A stretch of 64,000 nt of DNA from an uncultured delta proteobacterium. GTDB lineage: Bacteria; Myxococcota; Myxococcia; Myxococcales; Myxococcaceae. Below, one piece after another: positions 30,113-49,076 of this stretch. Position numbers and translations under genes: made by a program. The notes under the pieces are model-generated. The model saw only the letters and a list, made by a program, of their open reading frames with translations. It was not told where the DNA came from and did not search any database. How positions within the stretch are numbered: the stretch's first letter is position 1; each line of letters opens with the position of its first letter. The stretch spans positions 64,001 to 128,000 of the forward strand of contig CAVYSY010000057.1 in assembly GCA_963771175.1 (NCBI GenBank). Reading direction: 5' to 3'.

Positions 30113-32575
30113 TCACGGGATGGAGCACGCACCGGAGCCGGTGCCGTCGTCGTAGCAAATGTAGCCCGAGCGGCAGCTGCCCTGTCCGCCCACGCCCGTG
30201 CAGGTGGCGTAGCAGGATGCCGAGGTCTCCTGCGCGTCATCGTAGAAGCACTTGGAGCCCGCCGGGCAGGCGGAGTCGAGGCAGTCCTGGGTGCAATACC
30301 CACCCGGGAAGCCATTAGCGGCCGTCTTGCACCGCTCCCCCGCGCCGCAATTCGAGTCGCTGGTGCAGGACTGGCCCACCTTCGAGACCGGCGCCTCCTC
30401 GATGGGCTTGTAGGGTACCAGCGAGAAGCTGACCCCCTTCACCGTCTGGTTCACCGTCACGTCGAGGGGCTCGACCTGGGTGGCATCCCGCCAGAAGCCC
30501 ACGCGCTCCCCGGCCTCGAAGAACTTCTCATCCCCATCGTCGTCGATGGTGGCCAGCACGAAGTAGGAGCGCGGGGCGAGCGACACGGAGTAGCCGTAAC
30601 CGCTCCCCGCACTCACCAACGCCACCCCGTCGTCGTCCACCTGCCACTCGCCCAGGGCATCCTGGTAGGCGAAGGCGATGACGGCGTCCTTGTCCTGCGT
30701 GGCGCCCACGCGGAACCTCACCATCACGGTGGCGGAGCCCGCCCCGGTGGAGGTGCTGGAGAGGGAGAGCTGGGCCGAGTAGTCGCCGTTGGGCAGCGAC
30801 CCGGAGTTGACGCTCACCGTGAGGGAAGCCGACTTGTAGGCAGGAATGGACAGAGAGGCGCTGGAGACGGACACCGAGGAGGCCTGCGGCCCGCTGATGC
30901 TGGCGTTCACCTGGAGCGTGCCACCACCGACGTTGCGCACCGTGAGCTGCTGGGAGCCGCTGCCCGTGAAGGAGAGCTGGCTGGAGCTCACGCCGAGCTT
31001 CGCCGGCGCGCTGGTGTCGGAGCTGCCCTGGGCCCGCCGCACGGCGGCCTGGGCGTTGACGAGACCGGCGCCACAGCCCTCGGCACACTGGCTCGCCGGG
31101 TCGGCCGTCTCCTTGAGGATGGTCTCCACGTCCGCGGCGTTGAGGTCGGGGTTCACCGACAACATCAGCGCCACGATGCCAGCCACGTGCGGGGCGGCCA
31201 TGCTCGTGCCGTTGTACCAATCGTAGCTCGGCTGGTTGCTACCGTTGGGCAGGGTGGACAGCACGCCGTCCGGCTCGCCGTCGCCGTTGAGGTCCTCGCT
31301 CACCTGGCCGCCGGCGGCCATGACATCCACGGGGGCGCCATAGTTGGAGAAGCTGCTGCGTTTGCCGTTGAAGCGCGTCGAGCCCACGCAGATGACGTTC
31401 TGCATGTTGCACGGGAAGGTGTTGGTGGCGTCCTCGTTCGCGTTGCCGGCGGCGATGACGAAGACGGCGCCCGGGGCACTGTCGATGATTTCCTGCACCG
31501 CCTGCCCTCCGGTGCCCCGACCACCGAGGCTCAGGTTGATGACGCGGGCGGGCGTGGTGTTGGCGCGCGCGCCGGGCACGATGCCACCAGCGGCCCACTT
31601 CATGCCCGCGGCGATGTCGCCCAGCGTGCCGCCCGAGGTGCCCAGCACGCGGACCGGGAGGAGCTTGCCCGCCCAGGTGACGCCCGCCACGCCGAGGTTG
31701 TTGTTGGACACCGCGCCCATGGTGCCAGCCACGTGCGTGCCGTGGAACGAGGAGCCTCCGTTGGGCATGTCCTTGCCCAGGTCGGTCGGGTCGTTGTCGA
31801 CCCCATCGCCGTCACCCGCCTTGGTGCCGTCCGAGATGAGGTCCACACCGGGAATGACGCGGGCGTCCAGATCCGGGTGCCGGGTGATGCCGGTGTCCAC
31901 CACCGCCATGACGATGGAGTCCTTTCCGGTGGTGATGTCCCAGGCGGCCGGCAGGTTCATGTTCGGGTAGTGCCACTGCTGGGAATAGCGCGGATCGTTC
32001 GGCACCGCGAAGGGCATCACGCGCAGGTTGCTCTCGGCGTAGCGCACGCCGGGCGCCATCGCGAGCCGCTGGACGAGGGCGGTGTGCTCCGCGCTCGACA
32101 GGGAGCGCACGGGCGACGCGGCCTCGGTGCCGGACATGGCCTTCACCCCGGCGGGCTCATAGCGGATGACGTGCAGGTACTCGCTGGCGTAGCCCTTGTG
32201 CACGGCCCGGTAGCCGGACACCTGTGCCCGGGCGATGGCCGCCTCCGGAGACAGGTTGGCTTCCTCGAAGCGGACGAGGACCTCCCCCTTGATGATGGGG
32301 TCCTGCAGCACGAGGTTGCTCACGGGATAGCCCGTGCGCAGCACGCCCTTGGAGGCGAGCGCGCTGGCGATGGCCCGCGAGAGTTTCTGGTCGCCCCCGT
32401 CCTGGAAGAGGACGGGCTGGACAGCGGTCTGGGCGTCGGCGGACTGACCCCGGAACGGGGCCAGGGTTCCCTGCACCGTGCCGGTGGGCTGGACGACAGG
32501 AGGTAGTGGATCTTCTTCGACGATGGGACAGGCGGTGAGGCCCAACAGTCCCAGGATGGCGAGACGGCGAATCAT
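30113..32575 (-). CDS. S8 subtilisin-like serine protease lipoprotein with Ig-like and Cys-rich C-terminus
   Basis: Lipobox LTAC; catalytic VVDTG, HGTHVAG, AAGN, GTSMAAPHVAG. Confidence 0.93.
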   Translation of the reverse strand: MIRRLAILGLLGLTACPIVEEDPLPPVVQPTGTVQGTLAPFRGQSADAQTAVQPVLFQDGGDQKLSRAIASALASKGVLRTGYPVSNLVLQDPIIKGEVLVRFEEANLSPEAAIARAQVSGYRAVHKGYASEYLHVIRYEPAGVKAMSGTEAASPVRSLSSAEHTALVQRLAMAPGVRYAESNLRVMPFAVPNDPRYSQQWHYPNMNLPAAWDITTGKDSIVMAVVDTGITRHPDLDARVIPGVDLISDGTKAGDGDGVDNDPTDLGKDMPNGGSSFHGTHVAGTMGAVSNNNLGVAGVTWAGKLLPVRVLGTSGGTLGDIAAGMKWAAGGIVPGARANTTPARVINLSLGGRGTGGQAVQEIIDSAPGAVFVIAAGNANEDATNTFPCNMQNVICVGSTRFNGKRSSFSNYGAPVDVMAAGGQVSEDLNGDGEPDGVLSTLPNGSNQPSYDWYNGTSMAAPHVAGIVALMLSVNPDLNAADVETILKETADPASQCAEGCGAGLVNAQAAVRRAQGSSDTSAPAKLGVSSSQLSFTGSGSQQLTVRNVGGGTLQVNASISGPQASSVSVSSASLSIPAYKSASLTVSVNSGSLPNGDYSAQLSLSSTSTGAGSATVMVRFRVGATQDKDAVIAFAYQDALGEWQVDDDGVALVSAGSGYGYSVSLAPRSYFVLATIDDDGDEKFFEAGERVGFWRDATQVEPLDVTVNQTVKGVSFSLVPYKPIEEAPVSKVGQSCTSDSNCGAGERCKTAANGFPGGYCTQDCLDSACPAGSKCFYDDAQETSASCYATCTGVGGQGSCRSGYICYDDGTGSGACSIP

Positions 32576-32764
32576 GAAAGGTTCCCCCGGACCGGATAAC
32601 GGGTCCTGGGGCAGACCCTAGAGCCGCACGGGGCAGCGCGTCCAGACAGCGCGGCACGACGCCACGGCAGCCTGCCTGAATGCCCCCTGGACCCGGTGCG
32701 AGCATTCTCCCTACGATGCGCGCCCGCGGTTGCTCACGGCGTGGACATCGAGGGGGTACACCGG

Positions 32765-36609
<3,845 letters not shown>

Positions 36610-36612
36610 GCC

Positions 36613-36891
36613 ATGGACCTGGAATGGATGGCCTGGACGACTCCCACGGCCAGCTTCTTCGTCGTCATCGCGCTGCTGCTCGCGGCCTACACCGTCTGGG
36701 GGATTCGCTCCCCCTCCGTGCCGCGTCGAGGGCTGCTGCCCATGGTCACCACGCGCGGAGACCGGCTCTTCGTCGGCCTGCTGGGCAGCGCGTTCATCCA
36801 CCTCGCCTGGGTGGGGCTGACGGATGCGTGGATCTGGTTCGCCGTAGGTCTGTCGTTGCTGTTCATGGTCGTCATTGCACGCTGGGGGTAA
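36613..36891 (+). CDS. DUF2160 small membrane protein (GlpU-like)
   Basis: WMAWT, TTRGDRLF.GLLGSAFIHLAW. Confidence 0.88.
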   Translation: MDLEWMAWTTPTASFFVVIALLLAAYTVWGIRSPSVPRRGLLPMVTTRGDRLFVGLLGSAFIHLAWVGLTDAWIWFAVGLSLLFMVVIARWG

Positions 36892-36895
36892 CACG

Positions 36896-38680
<1,785 letters not shown>

Positions 38681-38689
38681 CGCCTTTGG

Positions 38690-39340
38690 ATGTTGGCGAG
38701 GCGTGCGAGCCTTCGGGGCCGCTCGCCAATTCACAGCCGAAAGCACATGCTCAAGCCCGGTACTAGTCGAGCACGTTTGCATAACCATGCAGGTGCGAGA
38801 ATACGGCTTTTCGGGGACGAGACGAGGTGACTGGCGGTCTGGACACCGGCTATGAGGGGATCGTTCCGCTTGCCAGTCGGATAGGCAGACACCGACCCCA
38901 GACTGACGGCTCACGAGGATCCAGAGTACCGCAAGGACTGCTGACACTTCTTTACGGCGACGATGGCGCCCGACTACGAAGGAGTGACCGAAGCCGAGAG
39001 CGGCACTTCGGCGCGACTCGTATCTGGGCTCTCATCGATACACGGCCAGTACGACTGAGGCACAAGCACTGATTGCGAGGCACTGGTTTCGGGGCTATCG
39101 CAAAGCTCCACTGGCCAGGACGCGAATGGCTGGTACAGATCGCCTGCTCAAACGAAAGTGGGGCAACTGGACGGCGCGAGGCTTGGCAACGTGCGCCCAA
39201 TGTGCCCTCGCAGCGTCAAGGATTAGCACGCTCATCGAGGCACTAGGCGTACGCACGAAACGAGAAAACTGCAACTGCCAACCGAGGCCCGCTCGAGTGG
39301 GGTCAAAATCAAACTTGACGAAGCCGAGCACTACGCTTGA
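38690..39340 (+). ncRNA. Candidate large structured non-coding RNA (about 650 nt)
   Basis: No credible ORF; more than ten stems seen by eye, with UUCG/GCAA/GAAA loops and G-U pairs consistent with the + strand. Confidence 0.6.
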
Positions 39341-39374
39341 AATGCCACAACCCGCTCGCACGAGACAGCTGCGC

Positions 39375-39929
39375 ATGGCACATCGCAGCCTCGGAAGATC
39401 TGGTCAAGAAGTTCGAGGCGGCCAGGAAAGCCGGTGAGCGCGAGCGTGGGAGTCCAGAGCAGTTGAGGCTGCATCGCGAGCTCGCCGAGGAATGTCCTGC
39501 CTTCACCCACAACATCCGCTATCTGGCCCGACTGCAACAAGTCGTCGACCAGCCCGGCAGAAGCTCAGAGGAGGTGCTCTCCGAAATCCAGGCGCTTGCT
39601 GGAATCGGCCGTCCTGGGCTCAGACCGCAGCGCCCCGGTCCTTGCTGGAACTGGGCAACTTCCTGGACACCTTCCACGACGGCCCACCGGAGGCCATGAA
39701 GCTCTACGACGAAGGAGAGCAGCAGGCACTGGACACGCTCGAGGACGCGTGGTTCGGCAGAGATCAGGTACTGGAACCACGAGCGGACGAAGGAGTCACT
39801 GGGGAAAGCCCTGCGGCTGGCGAACTGGCGGAGCAGTCTTCCCAGAGCCCGGGACCCTCCTCTGGGACGAGAATGCGGACCACGAAGCGCTACGCCGCGC
39901 AGCAGGGTCTGACCGCATTGCCCTTCTGA
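39375..39929 (+). pseudogene. All-helical (TPR-like) hypothetical protein with several frameshifts
   Basis: Stitched reading MAHRSLEDLVKKFEAARK...EIQALLESAVLGSDRSAPVLLELGNFLDTF..EAMKLYDEG... Confidence 0.55.
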
Positions 39930-40109
39930 TAGAGCGTTCCGTAGAATCACTGACTGCCTCATTGGCAGCTCGAACTCCAAGACGGCAGTATGTCTGGGAC
40001 TCTGAACATCTCGAGTACGCGCCATCGGCCAGCGCTCAAGCAACTGACTCTTGAAATCACGCACGGAGAAGCCCCATTCCGTCTCGATGACTACCAGATA
40101 ATCCATCAT
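39911..40109 (-). pseudogene. Truncated paralog of the adjacent putative immunity gene
   Basis: MMDYLVVIETEWGF..QLLERWPMAR...LEFELPM aligns with MSYFIIIKTDWVF..QLLARWPTAR...LEFEFPM. Confidence 0.75.
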
Positions 40110-40130
40110 TCTTCAGAACACACTTGAACA

Positions 40131-40502
40131 TCAGCTCTCGGAAGAGCGCATTGACTGGACGATCTCAACCGGAGTCATGTCTGGCGCCAACACGAAATCG
40201 ATGCTCATCGAATCGTCACAAAAAACCACCTCCTCGCCGGGCGAGATGAGCGTGCGGCACCACCGGGCGAACTCCGCGCTGTCCTGGAGGCCAGCATGGA
40301 AGATGACTGCAGTACATTCCTGGTTGAGAGAACCGTAGAGCGTCGATTTCTCCATCGGAAATTCGAACTCCAAAAGGTGACTGTATTTTGTTTTTGGCTT
40401 TACCTCTTCTATCCGGGCCGTTGGCCAACGCGCGAGCAACTGCTCAGAGAACCCCGGAGCGTTGAAAACCCAGTCCGTCTTGATGATGATGAAGTAGCTC
40501 AT
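40131..40502 (-). CDS. Putative immunity protein
   Basis: Small lower-GC ORF 10 nt downstream of the toxin, GAGG RBS, tandem paralog next to it. Confidence 0.7.
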   Translation of the reverse strand: MSYFIIIKTDWVFNAPGFSEQLLARWPTARIEEVKPKTKYSHLLEFEFPMEKSTLYGSLNQECTAVIFHAGLQDSAEFARWCRTLISPGEEVVFCDDSMSIDFVLAPDMTPVEIVQSMRSSES

Positions 40503-40512
40503 GAACACTTCC

Positions 40513-41607
40513 TCATTTGGGCTTGAGCACGACCCGGCCTGGAATACCGAACTCAGCCAGCAGTGCTTCAAAGAAAGGAAACGCACGAACATCATTGACA
40601 ATCACTTCGAGCCCTACGGCTGGAGTGGCAGGATCCGAAATGACCGCTGCATACCGAGAGAACTGATCCGCCTCCTCCTTCCGGATGATCTGCCTGATGC
40701 GCTCGTCGCATGCCGAACCCTCGATGAAGGGGCTCGTCCCAGGCTTGTCAACGTGCTTGGTATCGAGCAGGTGTGCATCGCTGGCGCGAGCGCCGTCCGC
40801 CCAGACCTTCTTGCCTCCTCCTTCGACAAGAATCTCCTCTGCGCCAGCATGCTTCTTCTGGAAATCAATGGCCTTCTCGGGCGTCTCCCGAGGCGACCTT
40901 CGCTGCGCCTTTCGGATCCACTTCTCGAAGACAACGGGGTCTGGCTTCTTCGCGGGGCGGCTCTCACCCTCGGGAGGCTCGCGATTTCCGCCCGAGCCTC
41001 CCGCCATCATGACCGCGGGAGCCGTGACCGAAGACGGGACGCGTTCCATCGCCGTCGCGGCGACGCGGCCCCCTTGGGGCAAGGCAAACTCCGGCGTGGG
41101 AGGGGGAGGGCCTCGGGGCGCCTTCGCCAGAGCTTCCCTCGTCAGGATGAAGGCCACGACGTTGATGCCCACCATCGAGAGGGCTCGCGCCAGGGCCGTG
41201 GCTGCTTCATCGAGCTCCGCCGTGCTCCGAGCGCTCGTGGCTCGGTTCACGAACGTCCACAGGAACTGAGTGAGATCTACCGCCTGACCGGCCAGGAGCG
41301 ACACACCCAGCGCGAGCAGCGCGGCGTCCACCACCTCACCCGCAACAGGGACACCTTGGGACCCGAGCCATACGGCTGTCAGGGTCCCCATGAGGGCGAG
41401 GTTCTCGGGAGTGAGCAGGACCCGCGCATCCTCCGTCATCGTCGCTGGCAGTTCCGAGAGGGCCCGCGAGAACGCTCGACACAACTTCTCCTCTTTTTCC
41501 ATCCGAGCCACCGGCAGGGACGTTGTCCTGCACAGGGCATCCTCGGCCGACTTGGCCGAGGCAGAGAACGCGAACAGCAGGCCCAAACAGAGGGCAAGGC
41601 CCTTCAT
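40513..41607 (-). CDS. Secreted polymorphic toxin with C-terminal restriction-endonuclease-fold (Tox-REase-2/3-like) domain
   Basis: Sec signal ...FSASA; hydrophobic GVPVAGEVVD..LL segment; Pro-rich linker; WADG...LDTKH PD-(D/E)xK core, QFSRYAAVI, GLEVIVND. Confidence 0.78.
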   Translation of the reverse strand: MKGLALCLGLLFAFSASAKSAEDALCRTTSLPVARMEKEEKLCRAFSRALSELPATMTEDARVLLTPENLALMGTLTAVWLGSQGVPVAGEVVDAALLALGVSLLAGQAVDLTQFLWTFVNRATSARSTAELDEAATALARALSMVGINVVAFILTREALAKAPRGPPPPTPEFALPQGGRVAATAMERVPSSVTAPAVMMAGGSGGNREPPEGESRPAKKPDPVVFEKWIRKAQRRSPRETPEKAIDFQKKHAGAEEILVEGGGKKVWADGARASDAHLLDTKHVDKPGTSPFIEGSACDERIRQIIRKEEADQFSRYAAVISDPATPAVGLEVIVNDVRAFPFFEALLAEFGIPGRVVLKPK

Positions 41608-41648
41608 GTGAACTTCCTTCTCGCAATGGCGACAACCCTGTCTTGGGC

Positions 41649-45970
<4,322 letters not shown>

Positions 45971-46064
45971 GGCGCTCTCCCTTCAGACTGAACACCGGTT
46001 TAGGAGGGGCGTCAACGCGCCCGCCCGCCCGCTCGTCCAGCCCGATTGCCCACCCCTGGAGCGG

Positions 46065-46187
46065 GAGGAGGTGTCAGACTCGACTTTCGCCATTTCTGAC
46101 CGGCTTCCTCTGGCCTCCCTCTGGGAAGGCGCCTCTTTTCCCCTCTGAGGCGCCCAAAATGGCGAAAGTCGAGTCAGAGACTTCCTC
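46065..46187. repeat. MITE/REP-like element with long terminal inverted repeats
   Basis: Perfect 19-bp IR gactcgactttcgccattt (46077-46095) / aaatggcgaaagtcgagtc (46157-46175), extending imperfectly outward; internal ggcgcctc/gaggcgcc hairpin. Confidence 0.75.
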
Positions 46188-46193
46188 TCCCCA

Positions 46194-46739
46194 TCACCCG
46201 ATCGGATCCGGCGAGGGCGGGCCGCCGATGAAACCCGCCGGCGTCGTCAGGTAGCGCCAGGAGAGCGCGGACAGCACCCCGAACAGGATGAGCGCCGTTG
46301 CCAGCGCGGCCCGCTGTCGCGCCGACGAGGTCAGGCGCGAGCGCAGGAGTGCTTCCGGTCCGACCGCCCCCAGCGGCAGCGAGACGACGAGCCAGACCAG
46401 TGTGGCCCCGAGCCAGACGGTCGCGAACAGACCCAGCCGCTCCGCCTGGTTGAGCAAGGTGAATTTCGACAACACCCAGAGGCTCGTGAGCACGACCCCC
46501 GCCGAAAGCGTCGCCCCGATCAGCCGTACCCGCCCGAAGCCGCGGAGACGCGCGAACGCTTCCAGCCCGAGATCGAGCGTCGCTACGATCAGCAGTGGCG
46601 TCACCACCGCCGCGAAGGGCGACGGAAACGCGGACAGCGCGCCGAACAATGTCGCATAGACCCACGGCGCGGCCAGCAGGCCCAGCAGCAATGCGCCGAG
46701 CCCCGCCGCGCCCGGGTTCCTCCGCCGTCCGGTGGTCAT
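46194..46739 (-). CDS. Five-TM membrane protein, candidate immunity partner
   Basis: Hydrophobic ORF; ATG overlaps the upstream TGA (ATGA). Confidence 0.6.
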   Translation of the reverse strand: MTTGRRRNPGAAGLGALLLGLLAAPWVYATLFGALSAFPSPFAAVVTPLLIVATLDLGLEAFARLRGFGRVRLIGATLSAGVVLTSLWVLSKFTLLNQAERLGLFATVWLGATLVWLVVSLPLGAVGPEALLRSRLTSSARQRAALATALILFGVLSALSWRYLTTPAGFIGGPPSPDPIG

Positions 46740-47928
46740 GGGCGCGCGCCCCGAGCGGTGGAAACAGGGACCCTGAACTCCCTTTCGAAAGCGATGCGGG
46801 TGATGAGCGGCACATAGCCGTGCTGGTGCTGAAGTTGCCACCAGGCGGTGATGCCCTGTGCCGCGTCGCTGTCGATAAGGCCGCCGTCGGCTCCGTATTC
46901 CTTCAGGTCGTCGTCATCGAGCCCGAACGCGTCATAGAACACGTATTCCAGCTTGATGTAGTACTCGTTCTTGCAGCGGTCGAGGTGGTACGCCTTGGCG
47001 ACCACGATCGCGTGTTGGACGCCGTTGATCATCACCCCCAGCCCATTGCCGAAATCATCCGTGTGCCAGGCTGGGCTCCCACGGTTGAAAGCCGGCACGC
47101 CCAGTCCCGTCGCGGGCACGGCGGCGTTGATGTCCCAGCCGGCGTTCTCGAGCACCTGGTGAATCCTCATCTGCCCCGGGGAGCGCTCCGGCGAATTCGG
47201 TGCGGAGAGCGCTCGATGGACGAAGGTGATGACGTTGGGATGCGCCTGGGCGTCCGCGTTGAGGCCCGTGTCGCTCCAGAACGCCAGGGCGCGTTGCGGT
47301 TTGAGGAAGGCGTCGAACAGCCGCCGCGCCTTGCCACGCGTGTCATTCTTCGCGAACTCCGTCAGCAGGCGGCGCATCTTGGTGTCCAGGGAGGCGGGGC
47401 TCGTGCCGACGCTGGGCCCATGGGGTTGCGGCCGCCCCGTGGAGAAGGAGATGTCCTGGCCGAAGCCCAGCACGTACCCGCCGGGAAGCAGGGGGTCGGC
47501 AACGTTCATGATGGGCGTCAGATAGCTGTCGGTCGCGATGGCGATGATCTTCGGCCGGGCGAGCTGGAAACTAACGGGGGTGTCGCAGGAAGGGCTCTGT
47601 TTCTGTTTTTGATGGAGCTGCAACCCGATGTGCCGCAGTGTGATGTCCGCCTTGATGTCTTGCTTGACGTTACCCTTGGCCGTGTTTGTGGGTGGAACAG
47701 GTTGATCAGCGCCCTGGACACATACCCCTTCAAGCGCTTCTGGCTTTCGAGATTGCACTCGACATACAGCCACCCCCCGGATCGGAGGACGACCTTGACG
47801 TTCGCGCCACGGGGCAAGTCCGCCAGGGTACGCGCTCCAGCGGTCGGCCTGCTACGAAGCGCGGCACTCCAAGGAACGATCTCGCCAGACCACGGGAAGC
47901 TATTGGGCTGCTGAGATACAGGTGGCAT
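46736..47928 (-). CDS. SH3b domain + DUF3289-like protein (frameshift near 47700)
   Basis: GGAGG RBS; ALRSRP...LPRG..VKV....GWLYV...GYVS (SH3b); GLGVMING, YDAFGLDDDD, WWQLQH..GY.P.IT (DUF3289-like). Confidence 0.7.
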
Positions 47929-48028
47929 TGCATCCTCCTGACTTCCCCTTGGCTCGCGATCCAGAGTACCACCAGTCGTCAGGCTTCGGGCGTAGAGCAG
48001 TGCCACCTCGGCCCCGCAGTGCCGGGAG

Positions 48029-48116
48029 AAAAAGAAAACCCCGGCTCGCCTGATGGCGCCCGGGGCTTTGCTACATCCCTTGCTTCTCTCCGGCCAACTG
48101 CTTGAGTCAGCCTCTT
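48029..48116 (-). ncRNA. Pxr-like small RNA candidate ending in an intrinsic terminator
   Basis: Minus strand reads AAGAGGCTGA...AAAGCCCCGGGCGCCATCAGGCGAGCCGGGGTTTTCTTTTT; no upstream minus-strand gene to terminate. Confidence 0.5.
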
Positions 48117-48261
48117 GCGACAACTACGTTGACACTCACCGGGGCCGCCCCGCTGACTGGAATTCGATTCCGAGGGTGAACATCCCCCTCACCCCGGGGG
48201 GCAGTGGGTGACCCCCGGGAGCATGACGAGCTTCCCCTCCCGCCATGTGGGAGGACGCCCG

Positions 48262-49047
48262 ATGATGCTGCAGGAAAGCGAACTGATTGCGACCCGAGGG
48301 GCCCGGCCGCCCCAGTTCAACCCCTCGCTCCAGCACGGCACCAAGGGGGTGAACGTCAGCACCGGGGAGCGGCTGGTCTCGGTGGTGGTGGGGCTCGGGC
48401 TCGTGGGCTACGGGCTGCGACGCCGCACCGTGCCCTCCTTCCTGCTGGCGATGGTGGGCGGCTCCCTCCTGCGCCGGGGGGTGACGGGGCACTGCCAGAC
48501 GCTCTCCCAGATGGGCTTGACGGAGGTGGCGGGCGAGCCCGGTGTCGCCTTCGAGCTGAGCACCACCCTCCTCAAGCCGCGTGAGGAGGTGTACCAGGCG
48601 TGGCGCGACTTCGAGAAACACCCGCGCTTCATCCCCCACCTGCTCTCGGTGCGGAACATGGAGGCCGGGCGAAGCCACTGGGTGTTCCAGGGACCCGCGA
48701 GCGCCATCCTCGAGTGGGACGCCCAGGTGACGGAGGACACGCCGGGCCAGCGGATTGAGTGGAACACCCTGCCCGGCTCGAAGCTCCAGCACACCGGCAC
48801 CGTCCGCTTCGAGGACGCGCCGAGCAACCGGGGCACGGTGGTGCACCTCGCGCTGCGCTACCACATCCCGGGTGGCCGGGCCGCGGTGATGGTCGCGAAG
48901 CTGCTCGGCGAGGAGCCCAAGCAACACCTCTCGCGCGGCCTGAACCAGTTCAAGCAGTTCCTGGAGACGGGAGAGGTGGCCACGGTCGACTCCCAGCCCC
49001 ACGGCCACCGCTCGCGGCTGGGCCGGACGCTGTCGCCGCGCTCCTGA
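48262..49047 (+). CDS. SRPBCC (polyketide cyclase/dehydrase) protein with N-terminal YgaP-like TM
   Basis: [44 protein letters not shown]; start uncertain (48223/48262). Confidence 0.88.
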   Translation: MMLQESELIATRGARPPQFNPSLQHGTKGVNVSTGERLVSVVVGLGLVGYGLRRRTVPSFLLAMVGGSLLRRGVTGHCQTLSQMGLTEVAGEPGVAFELSTTLLKPREEVYQAWRDFEKHPRFIPHLLSVRNMEAGRSHWVFQGPASAILEWDAQVTEDTPGQRIEWNTLPGSKLQHTGTVRFEDAPSNRGTVVHLALRYHIPGGRAAVMVAKLLGEEPKQHLSRGLNQFKQFLETGEVATVDSQPHGHRSRLGRTLSPRS

Positions 49048-49076
49048 GCAGAGGACCCGAGGACGGAGGAGAAACC

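Noticed and set aside
38690..39340. Identity as RNase P, tmRNA, SRP, rRNA fragment, group II intron or retron msr-msd
   Set aside because: I found no GAGGAAAGUCC, no tmRNA tRNA-like ends, no SRP GGAA loop and no domain V (AGC/CGC triad hairpin), and there is no reverse transcriptase in the window. The agtaccgcaagg rRNA-like stretch is only one tetraloop hairpin.
38827..39437. Short ORFs 38827-39072, 38952-39200, 39095-39376, 39126-39437
   Set aside because: No GC3 bias, RBS or recognisable motifs; they overlap one another in conflicting frames
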